Below, one piece after another: positions 23,015 through 34,400 of a stretch of 36,212 bases of DNA (positions within the stretch are counted from its first letter, which is position 1; the number at the start of each line of letters is the position of its first letter). Origin of the DNA: Octopus sinensis. Its lineage: Eukaryota. The notes under the pieces were generated by a model. That model was not told the DNA's origin and did no database searches. It saw only the letters and a program-made list of their open reading frames with translations. Where the stretch lies: positions 1 through 36,212 of the forward strand of contig NW_021829917.1 of assembly GCF_006345805.1 (NCBI RefSeq). Direction: 5' to 3'. A program made the position numbers and the translations under genes.

Positions 23015-24231
23015 ATGATTTTTAAGCTACATAAACTAGTCGTTAGATTTTGTAAATATTTATGTTGCATCAAAGACATAGAATCACCAAAACACTTTTC
23101 TTGGTTTTAATCATTTTTGCTTAAAAATCAGGCAGTCCCGAGATTCTGCAAATGTTCGATTAAGCGACTACGTCATCTCAGAAAAAAAATTTGAAACCTT
23201 CATTAAAAAAGACGGAGAAATCTCAGGCGACTCGTTCATCATCAAAAACTGCATTGTAGACAAATTTTAATCAAAGTTAGAATTGCAACATTTTCCTGAT
23301 GGACCACATTGACAGCATACACATCGACGATTGCACAAACTGTAATATATTCGTTGGTCCTGTTTCTTCAAGGTATGTTAGTTCAAAAAAATGTTCAGTT
23401 TTTTTGCAAAAGGATGCAAAACTTGCAATTTGGCGATAATTTGCGGACAGTTTAGAGCGAGGGACTGCGAGGATATGACCACGTGTTTATATTGTATGAC
23501 GGTTCCTGTCATCGAGAACTGCCGGGGACTGAAGTTTTGTTCTTTAGTTTGCAGTTATGTCAATTTAGAAGGTGAGTGAGTGATTAGTGTTGTTAGAACA
23601 AATGAAAAAGGCTAAGTTGTGTCAATTTAACAATTTTTGGTATAAAATAAAAGATTATACTCCTGCGATTGGAAATTGCAGTTTGGTTAAAAACGTATCA
23701 AGTTTTCTGATTTAAAAGTACAAAAAACTATCAAAAACAATTTATTTTCCTCAGGAAATTCAAGTCAAAGATAAACTTAGTAAGAGTTTTTTTCCTTTCC
23801 AAAATATTGTCCGAAAACAAAACACAACACAAGTATTACGTAATATAAATATTAAGCAATGTCTCGTCATTATAAATCATTCCGAGATCAGGAAAATGAG
23901 GTCATATGCGGAGACTTTTATTAAAAGTATTATTTCTGATGTGAGACGCGTTTATTTTGATATTCAGGAAAATGTTATTCTTCAGCAAACCAGAGAAACA
24001 ATAATTCCAGAAGACGTTCAAAGAAGTTTTGGAATCAAAGAAATAATGGGTTTTAGAAACGCCTAATCGACGTTAGGATTGTGCATTTGTCTCACATTTT
24101 CAGGATTGGAATGTTTTAACATTTGTGACGAAATTACTAAACAAGTGGAATCAACATTTTCAATGTTTGTTTTAAAAATAGATTATCTCAACGTGGATAA
24201 TGTCAATATAGTTATGGATTTAGTTATCTGA
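23015..24231 (+). CDS. RP2: Retinitis pigmentosa 2 (XRP2) ortholog: TBCC/C-CAP GAP domain plus NDK-like C-terminus; up to 8 introns of 24-28 nt
   Basis: Spliced product PKHFSWQSRD..FIIKNCINCNIFLMDH..IDDCTNCNIFVGP..CGQFRARDC..FNNFWYKIKDYTP..QTRE..EDVQRSF..GLCICLTFSG follows RP2. Introns at 23104-23131, 23256-23280, 23373-23398, 23572-23596, 23695-23718, 23833-23856, 23941-23967 and 24050-24076. Confidence 0.9.
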
Positions 24232-24254
24232 TTATTTTAATTATTTGATAATAT

Positions 24255-25437
24255 TATTTCAAAATATCCTTAAACGACACATATTTTCTACTATAATTCT
24301 CCTCCCAGAAGTCAGTTTCCAACATGGATTCAAAGAGGGGCCTTCTAAATTGATCAACTGTCACACACCTAAATGCTTTAATGAAGTTTATATCAGACGG
24401 TCTAAACAAAAAACCTAAACAGGAAAAATCCATTGTCTGCTCAATCGACATAAAGAAGGCTTTCGATTCGGTGCCAAGGAAAATACTCACACAAAAGATC
24501 TATTCCTCAAATATTGATACGAATCTAAAACTATGGCTTGGGAATTTCCTGAGCGGCCGTCGGGGAAGGGCTTGCTGTGGAAACAGATCTTCCATATCGA
24601 GACTATTACCAAATGGGGTCCCTCAGGGTTCTCCACTATCTCCACTTTTATTCAATCTCATGATGAACGACATACCACAGCCAGAAGGGGACAACGATCT
24701 GTTATTACTATATGCAGACGATATTATCGTCGCATCAAGGGATGTGAGCATAATAAAAGCAACGGGTAGAATACAGGATAACCTCAACAATCTGATTTCA
24801 TGTCTATATAAAAACGAACTGGAGGCAAGTCCGGAAAAATCTATTTTGACTCTGTTTACGAAAAACAGAAGGCTTGGGAAAGTCTCAATTGAAGCGAAGT
24901 TAGACGGAGAAATTATACCGCAGAGCAAAACCCAAAAGATTCTTGGAGTTACATTCGACACCTTTCTAACCTTTTCAACCCACGTCGAAAATGTAGTTAT
25001 GGCGGGTGCAAGAAAGGTTAACTTCCTGAATGCCTTCCTGAAGAACGCAGGAGAATGCAAAGGCCTATATGTCCTAAACAACATATATAATCAATACTTG
25101 GAACCTACGATCGGCTATGCGTGCGGAATCTGGAGAACAAACTTAAGTGCAAACAATCAATCAAAAATCGACAAAATTCGGTTGAAAGCGGCAAACCTGC
25201 TAAATACTTTTTCCGATAAGGAGATTATCCCAAAAGCCTGGAACAACATCATAAAGTCATCTGCAATCCATCTACGAGAGGTTCGTCCTGAAAATCCCCG
25301 TCCGTACCGAAAATGCGTCGGGACAACGGCAAAACATCGGGAGAGGCTGCGCGAACTGCTGAGGGAGGCTGGGATCACCTGAATTCTTCTTTCTTTTGGC
25401 TATGACGGTGGTTTTCTGGTTCAATAAATAAATAAAA
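24255..25437 (+). mobile_element. 5'-truncated LINE RT (CVG..HR..GIT family) with a 333-aa open C-terminal ORF
   Basis: QHGF, SIDIKKAFDSV, GVPQGSPLSPLLF, YADD and KILGVTFD; ends RPYRKCVGTTAKHRERLRELLREAGIT* with an (AATA)n tail. Confidence 0.95.
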
Positions 25438-25482
25438 ACCACGTTTCTCCAATAGAAATCAATTATATATTAAAAATAGTAA

Positions 25483-26335
25483 TTAAAGTCCTCCAAAATA
25501 AGTAATGATATCATCATCTATTTCTTTTTTAGATTCGAATTTTGAGTCAGGACTCTGAACAATCCGAATAGCTAACACAAGACAGTCCATATTAGCCTGT
25601 ATAAGCTCGTTTATTTCAAAAAGTGATTTATTCTCCACAGAAATTCCGTTAACTTCACAAATCTGATCGCCAATCTCCAAAACCCCAGTCGACTTGGCCA
25701 ATCCATTGGGCAACATCCGAGAAATTACAATCGACTGTTTATCCCCACTAAAAACACTCTTTTTACGTCGAATATAAATCCCCAATGGAGTGGTCGATCC
25801 TTCGGGACGGTTGATTTGTATTTTGCGAAAAAAAGTGCCTTCGTCGTCTCCCTCCAACTCGGAATACTCAACTATCGAGGACACACAGTGAAATTGGATT
25901 GGTTGAGAAATTGTTGAATGAGATGTAAAAGTTGAAGGATTTTTTTTGTGTCCTTTCCTGAGGGGATTTTCTTTTTTTGGAACAGGGCCATATCCGTTGA
26001 TTTCGCAGTAGGAATTTCCGTGACTTGTAACGAGGATTCGAAGAAGAGTGTTTGAGACTTGAATCGCTCGAAGGTAATTATCGTCGTTATTTATTGGGAG
26101 AATGTCTTTTTTGTTGTCGGAGTAACTTATAATGAACGAAATTGAGGACAGGCAGTGAATTTGTTCAATAAGTTCGTAAAAACTGTTAAAAGTAGAAAAA
26201 TTTACTGGATTAAATGAAAAACGTCTATATTCGTCATAATACTTTGAAGTATTAATTTAAATTAATTACTTTGCTTTTTACTGGAATTAAATGAGTCTGA
26301 TTATCATTTGAAGGGATAACTTCACTAGAAATCAT
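25483..26335 (-). CDS. par-6: Partitioning defective 6 (PB1, semi-CRIB, PDZ), 274 aa, one 28-nt intron (26242-26269)
   Basis: VKSK|YYDEYRRF, LPINNDDNY, ISQPIQFHCVSSIV and PLGIYIR..ISRMLPNGLAKSTGVLEIGDQICEVNGI. Confidence 0.93.
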
Positions 26336-26441
26336 TTTAATTTATATTATTTTGGTTAAAATTCTTGAATAAATTTAAAAATATATTTCCATACAACCCA
26401 AAATGAGTTTTAAATATATTCATAACTATTAGAAGCTCGTT

Positions 26442-28009
26442 GTTTCATGAAGGCCGTGGGGTTGGAGCTCAACTACAACAAGTCGGCGACTAACACCCCT
26501 GTGTGCGGTGACCTAGTCAAAGTCTTGGAGGAACACCAAGGATATAAGTATCTTGGTGTGGTTGAGAGTCCAGCCTCATTAATCACACCCGAAACGAGAA
26601 AGTGTGTAGTGGAGGGTGTGCGTAGTAGGGCGGCAATGTTATGTAAGACTCGGCTCAATGCACGGAACTTATTTCATGCCTTGAACGAGTATGCCATCTC
26701 ATTGCTAAACTACTACGTTGGCCTGATCGAATTCGAGCCGAGTGAGTACGATGAAATGGACCTTATTGTCCGAAGAGTACTCCGAGAGAATCATGTCCAC
26801 GTGTTGGCAAGCAATAAGGAGAGATTGTACTTGTCTCGCGGGCAGCTAGGACGTGGACTGAGTAACATCGTACACTTAAGTGAGCGAATTCTTACTAAGA
26901 TGCACGACACCTTGTGGAGTGGGTCGAGTGTATCCCAAAGGAAGGCTGCCATCCTTGCTGCTGAAAAAGCGCGTGGTACACACCTAGGGACCATAAAAGG
27001 CTATGTGTCGGCTAAGTATGGTCTAGGTGCTACCCAAGTTAATGTGAAGGAGTTGATCAAACTTCAAAAGGAGTCTTTAATTAAAAAGATCAACTTAAAA
27101 GTCCTTCACAAGACTCTCTTTAGCAGCCTGGACAACCCGCACATTGACGTATCGTCGTCATCTACGTGGCTGAAATATGGGAATAACTCTCCCCGATCAG
27201 AAGGGTTGTTCTCATATTTGCAGGATAGAAACTTTTTTAATGGTCAACGGAAACAGTGTAACCACTGTAAGAGTAAGGCAATGACCGTTGACCATTTAGC
27301 CACGAAGTGCGGGAGTATGCTTTACCATGATTACACATGGAGGCATAACGAGGTGGTGAGGTCCCTCCATCTTTTGCTCTGCAATAAGTACGGCTTGAGG
27401 CGGTCCAGAAAGTTGCGAACCCATCGAGTTCAATCGGTGTGTGAGAACTCGCGGGTGTGCATTAAGGTGGATACCCCCATACGCACCTCGATTGTTGTCC
27501 AGCACAACAGACCCGACATTGTGGTCCACGATAAGGTCACCGGGGAGATTGGAGGTGGGCATCACGTGCCTAGACCGTTTGCAGATAGTGGAAGTGGAGA
27601 AAAGGAGGAAGTATGACCTCCTTGCAAACGAGCTAGGACTGATGCACCAGTGCAAAGTCCTTGTCATCCCGTGTGTGATGACATGGGATGGACTGGTTAC
27701 CAAATACCACAAGCGGTACTTAAGACAGTTGGATGTAGATAAGTCTCTACAGGCTTATATACAGTCAACTGTTCTTAAGAGGACTCTGGAGAGTGTCTCG
27801 TTTGATGCTCGCCGATCCAGCCCTTTCCTGACGTTTAGTCAGCAAGAGGCGCTGGACTGCACCTTCTCGAAGGTCTACAGTGCCAGAGAAGAGGAGGAAG
27901 AAAGGGAGGAGGTGCGTGGAGTGCCGCCTTCTGCTCACTTCGAAGGCTCTGGACTTAGTTAGTAAAATTACTTAGTTAATTAGTTTCTTTCTTAATAAAG
28001 CATGTAAAG
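26442..28009 (+). mobile_element. 5'-truncated RLE-type (R2 group; R4/Dong/NeSL-like) non-LTR retrotransposon
   Basis: 13-bp direct repeat TTAGAAGCTCGTT (26429-26441, 28010-28022). RT thumb YKYLG, ERLYLSR..GRGL, CCHC CNHC..TVDHLATKC, RHNEV, NRPDIV and E..EKRRKY. A small deletion frameshift lies near 27550. Confidence 0.93.
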
Positions 28010-28022
28010 TTAGAAGCTCGTT

Positions 28023-29175
28023 TATAAAGACTGGTTTTTGGCAGAATAGAAGATTTCTTACCCGAAAGACATTTTCAACATGGGTTTAAGAAGGCGAAGT
28101 CCACGTCTTCGTACCTCCAATCCTTGTCAAACTTCATCTGTACCGGTTTTGCCAGCAAACCGAGGCACCAAAAGACAGTGCTCTGCTCCGTCGACATCCA
28201 TAAAGCCTTCGATTCCGTTTCGAGGAAGCTCCTCTCAAGGAAGATATTCCAATCCGACTTTCCTCTGAAGCTAAAAATATGGATTACCAACTTCCTAAGT
28301 GGACGAAGGGGAAGGGTGTGTCTCGGTGGTCTGAAGTCCAAATCTCGTCTTCTACCCAACGGAGTACCTCAGGGATCCCCCTTATCCCTGGCCCTCTTCA
28401 ACCTATTTTTGGAAGACCTCCTTCCCTCGACAACAATGACATTGTTCTCTCATACGCGGACGACATCGTACTAGCCTCACGGGACCGGGACATCCAGAAG
28501 GCCTCTGAAAGGCTCCAAGCTAACTTGGATCGGCTGAACCTATGGCTGACGGACAACCGGCTCGTGGTAAACGCGGCGAAGTCCGCCACGTCCCTCTTCA
28601 CCTCGGATAAAAGATTGGGAAGGACGTCAGTCGACTTAAAGCTGAATAATATATCCGTTCCCTTCTGTAGGAGTCAGACGGTCCTAGGGGTAACCCTCGA
28701 CATGCACCTCTGTTTCTCCCCCTCATGTGGACAACCTCCTTCGCAAATGCGAACATAAACTGAACATTCTGCGAACTCTATCTGGTATTTGGAAAAACGG
28801 GTCGCACCCGGTACTGGCGAATATCTACCGCCAGTACTTCGAACCCTGTGTTGCGTACGCTTGCGGATCATGGGGTCCGCGGCTATTGTGGTCCAACAGG
28901 AGGCGAATCGAGGAGGCCCAACAAAAGGCCCTCAGATTAACCGATCGTTGGTCACATGATAGCCAACGCCCCGGTCCAGCCTCTCTGGAAGACCTCATCA
29001 AGCTGAACCTGGGCCCGTCAGCGATTGCTCCGCCAAAAACGGCCTGCCGCCCTGTGCGATCTTTTGTGGGCTCGTGGAAAGATCACCGAGCGAGGATGAG
29101 GTCCCTGGTTGAGTGCATCGGGATCAGGTGACGTTTGTTCGGTTTTTAGCGTGGTCTCGGTGATTTAATAAATAA
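28023..29175 (+). mobile_element. 5'-truncated LINE RT (CVG..HR..GIT family) with two single-base frameshifts
   Basis: QHGF, SVDIHKAFDSV, GVPQGSPLS, YADD and VLGVTLD; ends RPVRSFVGSWKDHRARMRSLVECIGIR* with an (AATA)n tail. 7-bp ATTAGAA duplication at 26428-26434 and 29176-29182. Confidence 0.93.
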
Positions 29176-29587
29176 ATTAGAAAAGCCAAGTGCTTCTATA
29201 TAAAAAGTTCCGTTAAAGAGACTCTTAAAACTCAAAATTGCCACTCATACTCATTAAAAAGTACATAGAATACAATTAGTGTTTCATATTTGTACTTATT
29301 TTCTATCTCAAGAAACTTGGCCGCCTGTGCACCCACCGCTCCAGAGATCCGAGGAAATTTATATTCCTTATTCAGAGGATCTCGCTTTCATAATAGCTAG
29401 TTTTTTTTGATGATTTCAAATGCTATAATAATATTGATTTATTTTGCATGATTGGTCTAATTCAAGAACATACCTTTGAAAATATTATTAATTTTATCAA
29501 AATGCATTCAAAAATTGAGCTATTTCTAAATTAAATATAACAGCAAAAATGAATAAATTTGGCTCAAATCAACATAAAAATCAAAAA

Positions 29588-30121
29588 CTAATTAGCGGAA
29601 TGGTTGGAGAGATAATTCAGCAAATATTCACATCTTTTAGAAACCAGCCGACTTATTTGATCTGCCAGTGTTTGTTTTGCTTTGATCTCTTCTATCAGAT
29701 TAATGATATAGGTTGTGCTTTCGGTGACAATTGTTCTTTGTTTGACTGGAAATCTGTGTTTTAAATCAGGAATTAGCAATCTCAGTCTTTCCAGTTGTTC
29801 TACAATTCCATGTCTTCTTTTTCTTTCTTTTCTGTTTTGCTCTTTTCTACGGGCTTGTTTTTTCACCTCTTTGATCTCGCTTTTCATTTCAGGGGGTGTT
29901 ATCGGGGAGGACAATGACAATAAAGGACACACCTCTTGGCCCAACAAGTCAAAATAAACATTTGAATACTCTAAGAGAGATTGGTCCATAAAATTGCCAC
30001 TAAAAGGACAGTCAGTTAACGTGGTCTGTTTATCGAAATCATTAATTTCTGAATCGAGGTAATTCTGACTCAAATCATCATTGAACAAGTCAATTTTTTG
30101 GTCTGTATCAGTAAACTCCAT
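29588..30121 (-). CDS. Myc-like bHLH-ZIP transcription factor, intronless, ~177 aa
   Basis: C-terminal RRKEQNRKERKRRHGIVEQLERLRLLIPDL..IVTESTTYIINL..KRCEYLLNYL, acidic N-terminus and an SPITPPE degron-like motif. First ATG at 30121; the ORF is open up to a TTG at 30172. Confidence 0.75.
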   Translation of the reverse strand: MEFTDTDQKIDLFNDDLSQNYLDSEINDFDKQTTLTDCPFSGNFMDQSLLEYSNVYFDLLGQEVCPLLSLSSPITPPEMKSEIKEVKKQARRKEQNRKERKRRHGIVEQLERLRLLIPDLKHRFPVKQRTIVTESTTYIINLIEEIKAKQTLADQISRLVSKRCEYLLNYLSNHSAN

Positions 30122-31431
30122 ATTGGTATTAATAAACGCGTCGAAAAGCTTTAAATGTTTAAAGCAGCGCAATTTAATTGATTTTTATACTTAAATTTAG
30201 CTCTAATTTGTTTGTAGATTTGGCAGCATAATCTAATTCATTTTTGAAAAAAATATTATGTGGAAGTGTTAGAAGTGTTAAAAGTGAAGAGATACCTCCT
30301 TTTGATCGGTGATCAAGGATCTCGTTTGTTATATAGCCACGTAGAAAAGGCCTTCAGTCTTGGTTTAGTTTTATTTTTATCGAAATGGCTTTCCTAGACT
30401 TAAAAGGCATCATATTAACTTACAGGCATCATATTTGGCAAGTCTGGATTATTTTATGATTTATTTACTCCATTTAATACCGATTTACTTTGTTCATTTG
30501 AACTGTCACTTTACTTGTCGATAATCTATACTTAAAAAGAATTGACCTTGTTATTGAACTTGTTGATCAATTTAAACAATATTTACAAACTATTTTTGGA
30601 CCAAGTTAAATTCTGAATAAGATATAAATAAACCACGTTTTCGGATCCAAGATGTTATTTTAAGAATTCAGAATAAAATTTTGTATAAATGTTTAAATTT
30701 GTTTTCCAGTAAAATTAACATTATTAGCAGATAAAATTAAAGTAGTTTTGATCTAAAACTTCCAATCAGATATGGAAACGCTCAGGAGGCACTTAATGCC
30801 TACCGAAAAAAGGACTTCTATTGACATAATTGATATTAAAAATGTCAAACTTGAACTGAAAATGGTATAGAACTCTGACTCTGGGACATCGTCGTCTCAA
30901 ACCGATCATGTGGGCAGGATCGAACCTTTTAGAAGGATCTCCCTCGTTTGGATTATAATAATTAACTTGCTTCTTAAAATTGGAAAGGAAATGTTACTGA
31001 GATAGAGTCATCTCAATTTCCGATTTTGCTAGGATTCGAACGCCCTTTAAAAAATCTGCTTTATGTATAAATCGACTATGGTAAAGTGCATAATTCAAGG
31101 CGATCAGACTTTTTTGAAGTCTAGTTACTACAAATGAGATCCTAGCTCGTTAAATAAAGTATGTCTTACTCCTGCGATAATTCTGCTAATAACCGACAAG
31201 TTATACTAAACTCTTGAAATCTTAGCTGAAAATAAGAATTTGATTTTATACAAAAAATACTAAAAATTGGCTAGTTGACTTTCGAAATTTCAATCAAAGT
31301 TTCCTGAATTTAATAAATATGGAACTATGACTTTCTTATGCCTCACAAACGGTTAGTTTCAAATGAAAAGGCCAGTTTATCGCTTAGTATATAAAATAGA
31401 AATGAAAATTTAAGCCACATAAAACGAATTG

Positions 31432-34400
31432 TTAATCTCTAAGACGCTCTCTTGCTTTAGAAATAATTCCTGAGCAGAGTGATGGAGAATCAACTTGATG
31501 ACATGTTTGTATGGCCTTTACATTTTGTCGATTTTTTAAAAGGGCGGCAGCCAATTTGATACCTTAGAAGTATTTTCACTCAATACAACCAATTGATTTG
31601 TCGCAGTTACATGTGGCTTTCCATGCCATTTCATAAGCTTTTATTTCTTCTTGAAAATTGTCCAACGCTTTGTTTGCAGTGGCTAGCAATTCGTATGCTT
31701 GTATGGAAGACTAGTAATGTCAAATATTGGAATATCCACTTTGTTATGATTTAGGCACTTCCTAGCTAGCGCTGCTGCCTCGTTGGGTCTGTTCATCAAG
31801 CAATTTCCTAGAAGGAGCCAGCCTCTTTCAAGCCATTCTCTGTTTTCAAAATTCCACGAAAAATTGATCAGTTTTTTTAAAAGAGATTTCATTTTTGATT
31901 CTTGATTGGACTGCTTATATGCGATTGCCAACAAATATAAATTGACTGCCGATTGATCTTTCTAAAAGTTAATATTTGTAATTTACTTGCAATGTTGCGA
32001 TTGTCTCATCTAAAAGTGACCGTGAGGTACTTCCAAATATCATCTCGTAGTACCCCGCTACTACTTGCTCACTAAAAATGATTTTTTCTTTCAAAAAATA
32101 TTTCTGTAGTTGTCGTGCAGTCTTGGAACGTTGACAAATGGACTCGCTGCTTTAAAAAACCATAAAATTCAACTCGTTTGATGGACAGTCAAAACGATAC
32201 GTCAGTGGTGCATAACAAATATCAATCATATGAAACAAAGCACGTGATTCTAAATTTTTGTCTGCGCGGGAACGGTTAAAAAGAACAAGTGCTTCTTCAG
32301 GAAGCCCACAAAACCTTTTAAAATCTCATTTGATAATAAAACTTGAGTCTTAAAGCCTGACAGAACAAAAGTGAGGCTGTTGATACTTTTCCGTCGTATT
32401 TTTGCAATATTCTCTCAACCTCATCCAACTTTCCAGTCAGACGGTAAATCTCAACCAATAAAATGAGCAACTCGGGATCTCCTACGACTGTTATTGAGGA
32501 ATGAAACCATTTGTCGACATTAGGTTGGTAATACTATTGAGAGCAACGTCAAATTCTCCACGGTCAATGTCAATTTTTAGTTCAATCTAATAAATATTTT
32601 AAATAAAATTGACCTTTTTTGCTTCTGTTTGAAACGACGGATGTTCTTGCTTTACAACAAGACAGATTTCCCTGCTTTCTCCAAAATCTCCGAGCAGTCG
32701 ATAAGCAGAGGCAAGTTTTAAAAGAGCTGGTCCGTCGTTCAGGTCTTTTGCCTTGGAGAAATATAACATAGACTTTTCGAAATCGGATCTTCCCCAATAA
32801 ATGTCGCCCAACTTGATAATCAGACTAAAAGTAAAAATTAAAAAAGGACCCAGAAATAACTTTCTTTTCCCGTTCTAGCAGATCTGGCTGGTATTTCTCG
32901 ACTTTTTTGAGTACTCTACACATTTTTTTACATTAGTAACTCTGTTTGAGCTTCTTCCGCTTTTAAAAGTACTTTCAAAGCTTCGTCTGGATTTTCCATA
33001 TCTTGGTAAATTTCCGACTTTAGAATCATTAATTGTATGCTTTCAAATAAAGTTTTTAAATCATTTCCAGCAATATTAGACATTTCGCAAAGTGCACTGT
33101 CAATAATTCTCACACATTTATCGTAAAGAGATATATTTCTGAGAACTTGAATTAAACTCATTCGAATGTCGTTGTTGGGTAGCATTTTCAAAGCAGCCTC
33201 GTAGTATGAAATTGCCTATGTTTTCGAATATTCTCAAACCTTTCCGTACTGGTGGCACGTAGTCAGAGACCAGCCAATTTTCAAACACAATTTTGGGTTG
33301 TCAGGATAGTTTTCCATTCCTTGTTTATATACTTTGTGAGCGTTTTCAGGCTGAAAAAAACTTAAAAAACCATCAACCTCCATAATCAGCATGTAGGCAT
33401 CCCCAAAAAGCAAGGCAGTTGTGGGAGATGGGAATGACTCATATAGCTTTCTGTAGCATGCAATGTATAGTCTTTGACTCTTTTTTTGCTCGAGGTAAAT
33501 TTTGGCCGTAAAATTGATTGCTCGAATATAAAATGGATGGGATGGATGGATTTGGTCCAACAAGACAAGAGCCTGAGCAGAATCCCGGTAAAGTTCTATT
33601 GCTGCCTCTGCCTCGAGAATCAAAAAAGTAGAAACAAGTTCACCTGCCTCAATTTTAGCTTTTTTAATAATTTTTTCATATTCGTTCTATTTTATTTGAG
33701 TATAATAAAATATTAACTATTTCTTGTGTGACTATTAAACATTTGATTAGTAACTCCATTGCAAGTGCTCTATCAAGCCAACTGTTCACTCCTTGGAATA
33801 TATTTACTTTTAATACCTGAAGGAATTTGGCTGATTGCCAATTTAATGTATTTTAAAGCTTCAATATAGTCGCATTGCAAAAAACTAAGTCTTGCCATTG
33901 CTTGGTTGAATATGTGATTTTGTCTCACCTAATAAATTCAGAACAGACAAAAACAACATCAAAGCTTTGGGCAACTGCTAGATTTAAAATATTATCCGCC
34001 CCAGTCAGATTTCCAACGTCCATTTCAATCTTAAAAAAAACATTTTTAGCACAATTAAAACCTCGGCTTGCAACAAACTGGTAGCAGAATGACTTGGATT
34101 GATATTTCCAGATCTGACCACTTGATCCCTGGCCTCGTCCACCTTTTCCTCGAGCAGAGCCAATCTTGCCAACAGGCAACTGACCTGACCATTGGCTGGA
34201 CAAAGTCGATTTACAGTTTTTAAGCTATTTTTACAAAATGTTAACATTTCTGTGTTAGATTCTAATTTTTTTGACTAAAAATCAAAATTATGTAAAAAAA
34301 ACTTGAATATATATAAATGGATACAATTCAGAGACTAACAAGACCACAAATGAAATGTCGAGTTGTGGAAGGTTCGTGCACGTGAAAGGACCTTTCATTT

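Noticed and set aside
24381-25382. Stand-alone 333-aa RT as a retron, group II intron, DGR or defence RT
   Set aside because: Motifs (QHGF, KAFDSV, GVPQGSPLSP, LGVTFD), tandem-repeat tail, 5' truncation and sibling copies with TSDs are those of eukaryotic non-LTR elements. There is no msr/msd, template repeat or intron RNA structure.
26415-26441. tca taa cta tta gaa as the LINE SKLLER motif, extending the 28-kb LINE further 5'
   Set aside because: The ATTAGAA duplication at 26428-26434 and 29176-29182 explains this sequence as target DNA, so the resemblance is probably chance or microhomology.
12593-29957. Numerous 60-150-aa ORFs in the track opposite or overlapping RT, RLE and bHLH genes (e.g. 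12593-12895, 24623-25084, 27296-27712, 29715-29957)
   Set aside because: Antisense or alternate-frame shadows of real coding sequence, with no independent motifs.
30285-30330. U1 snRNA (GAGATACC..TGATC)
   Set aside because: Lacks the 5' ACTTACCTG, the U1A loop and an Sm site.
30900-31060. tRNA genes
   Set aside because: Only B-box-like motifs are present; I could not build an acceptor stem, D-arm or anticodon arm.
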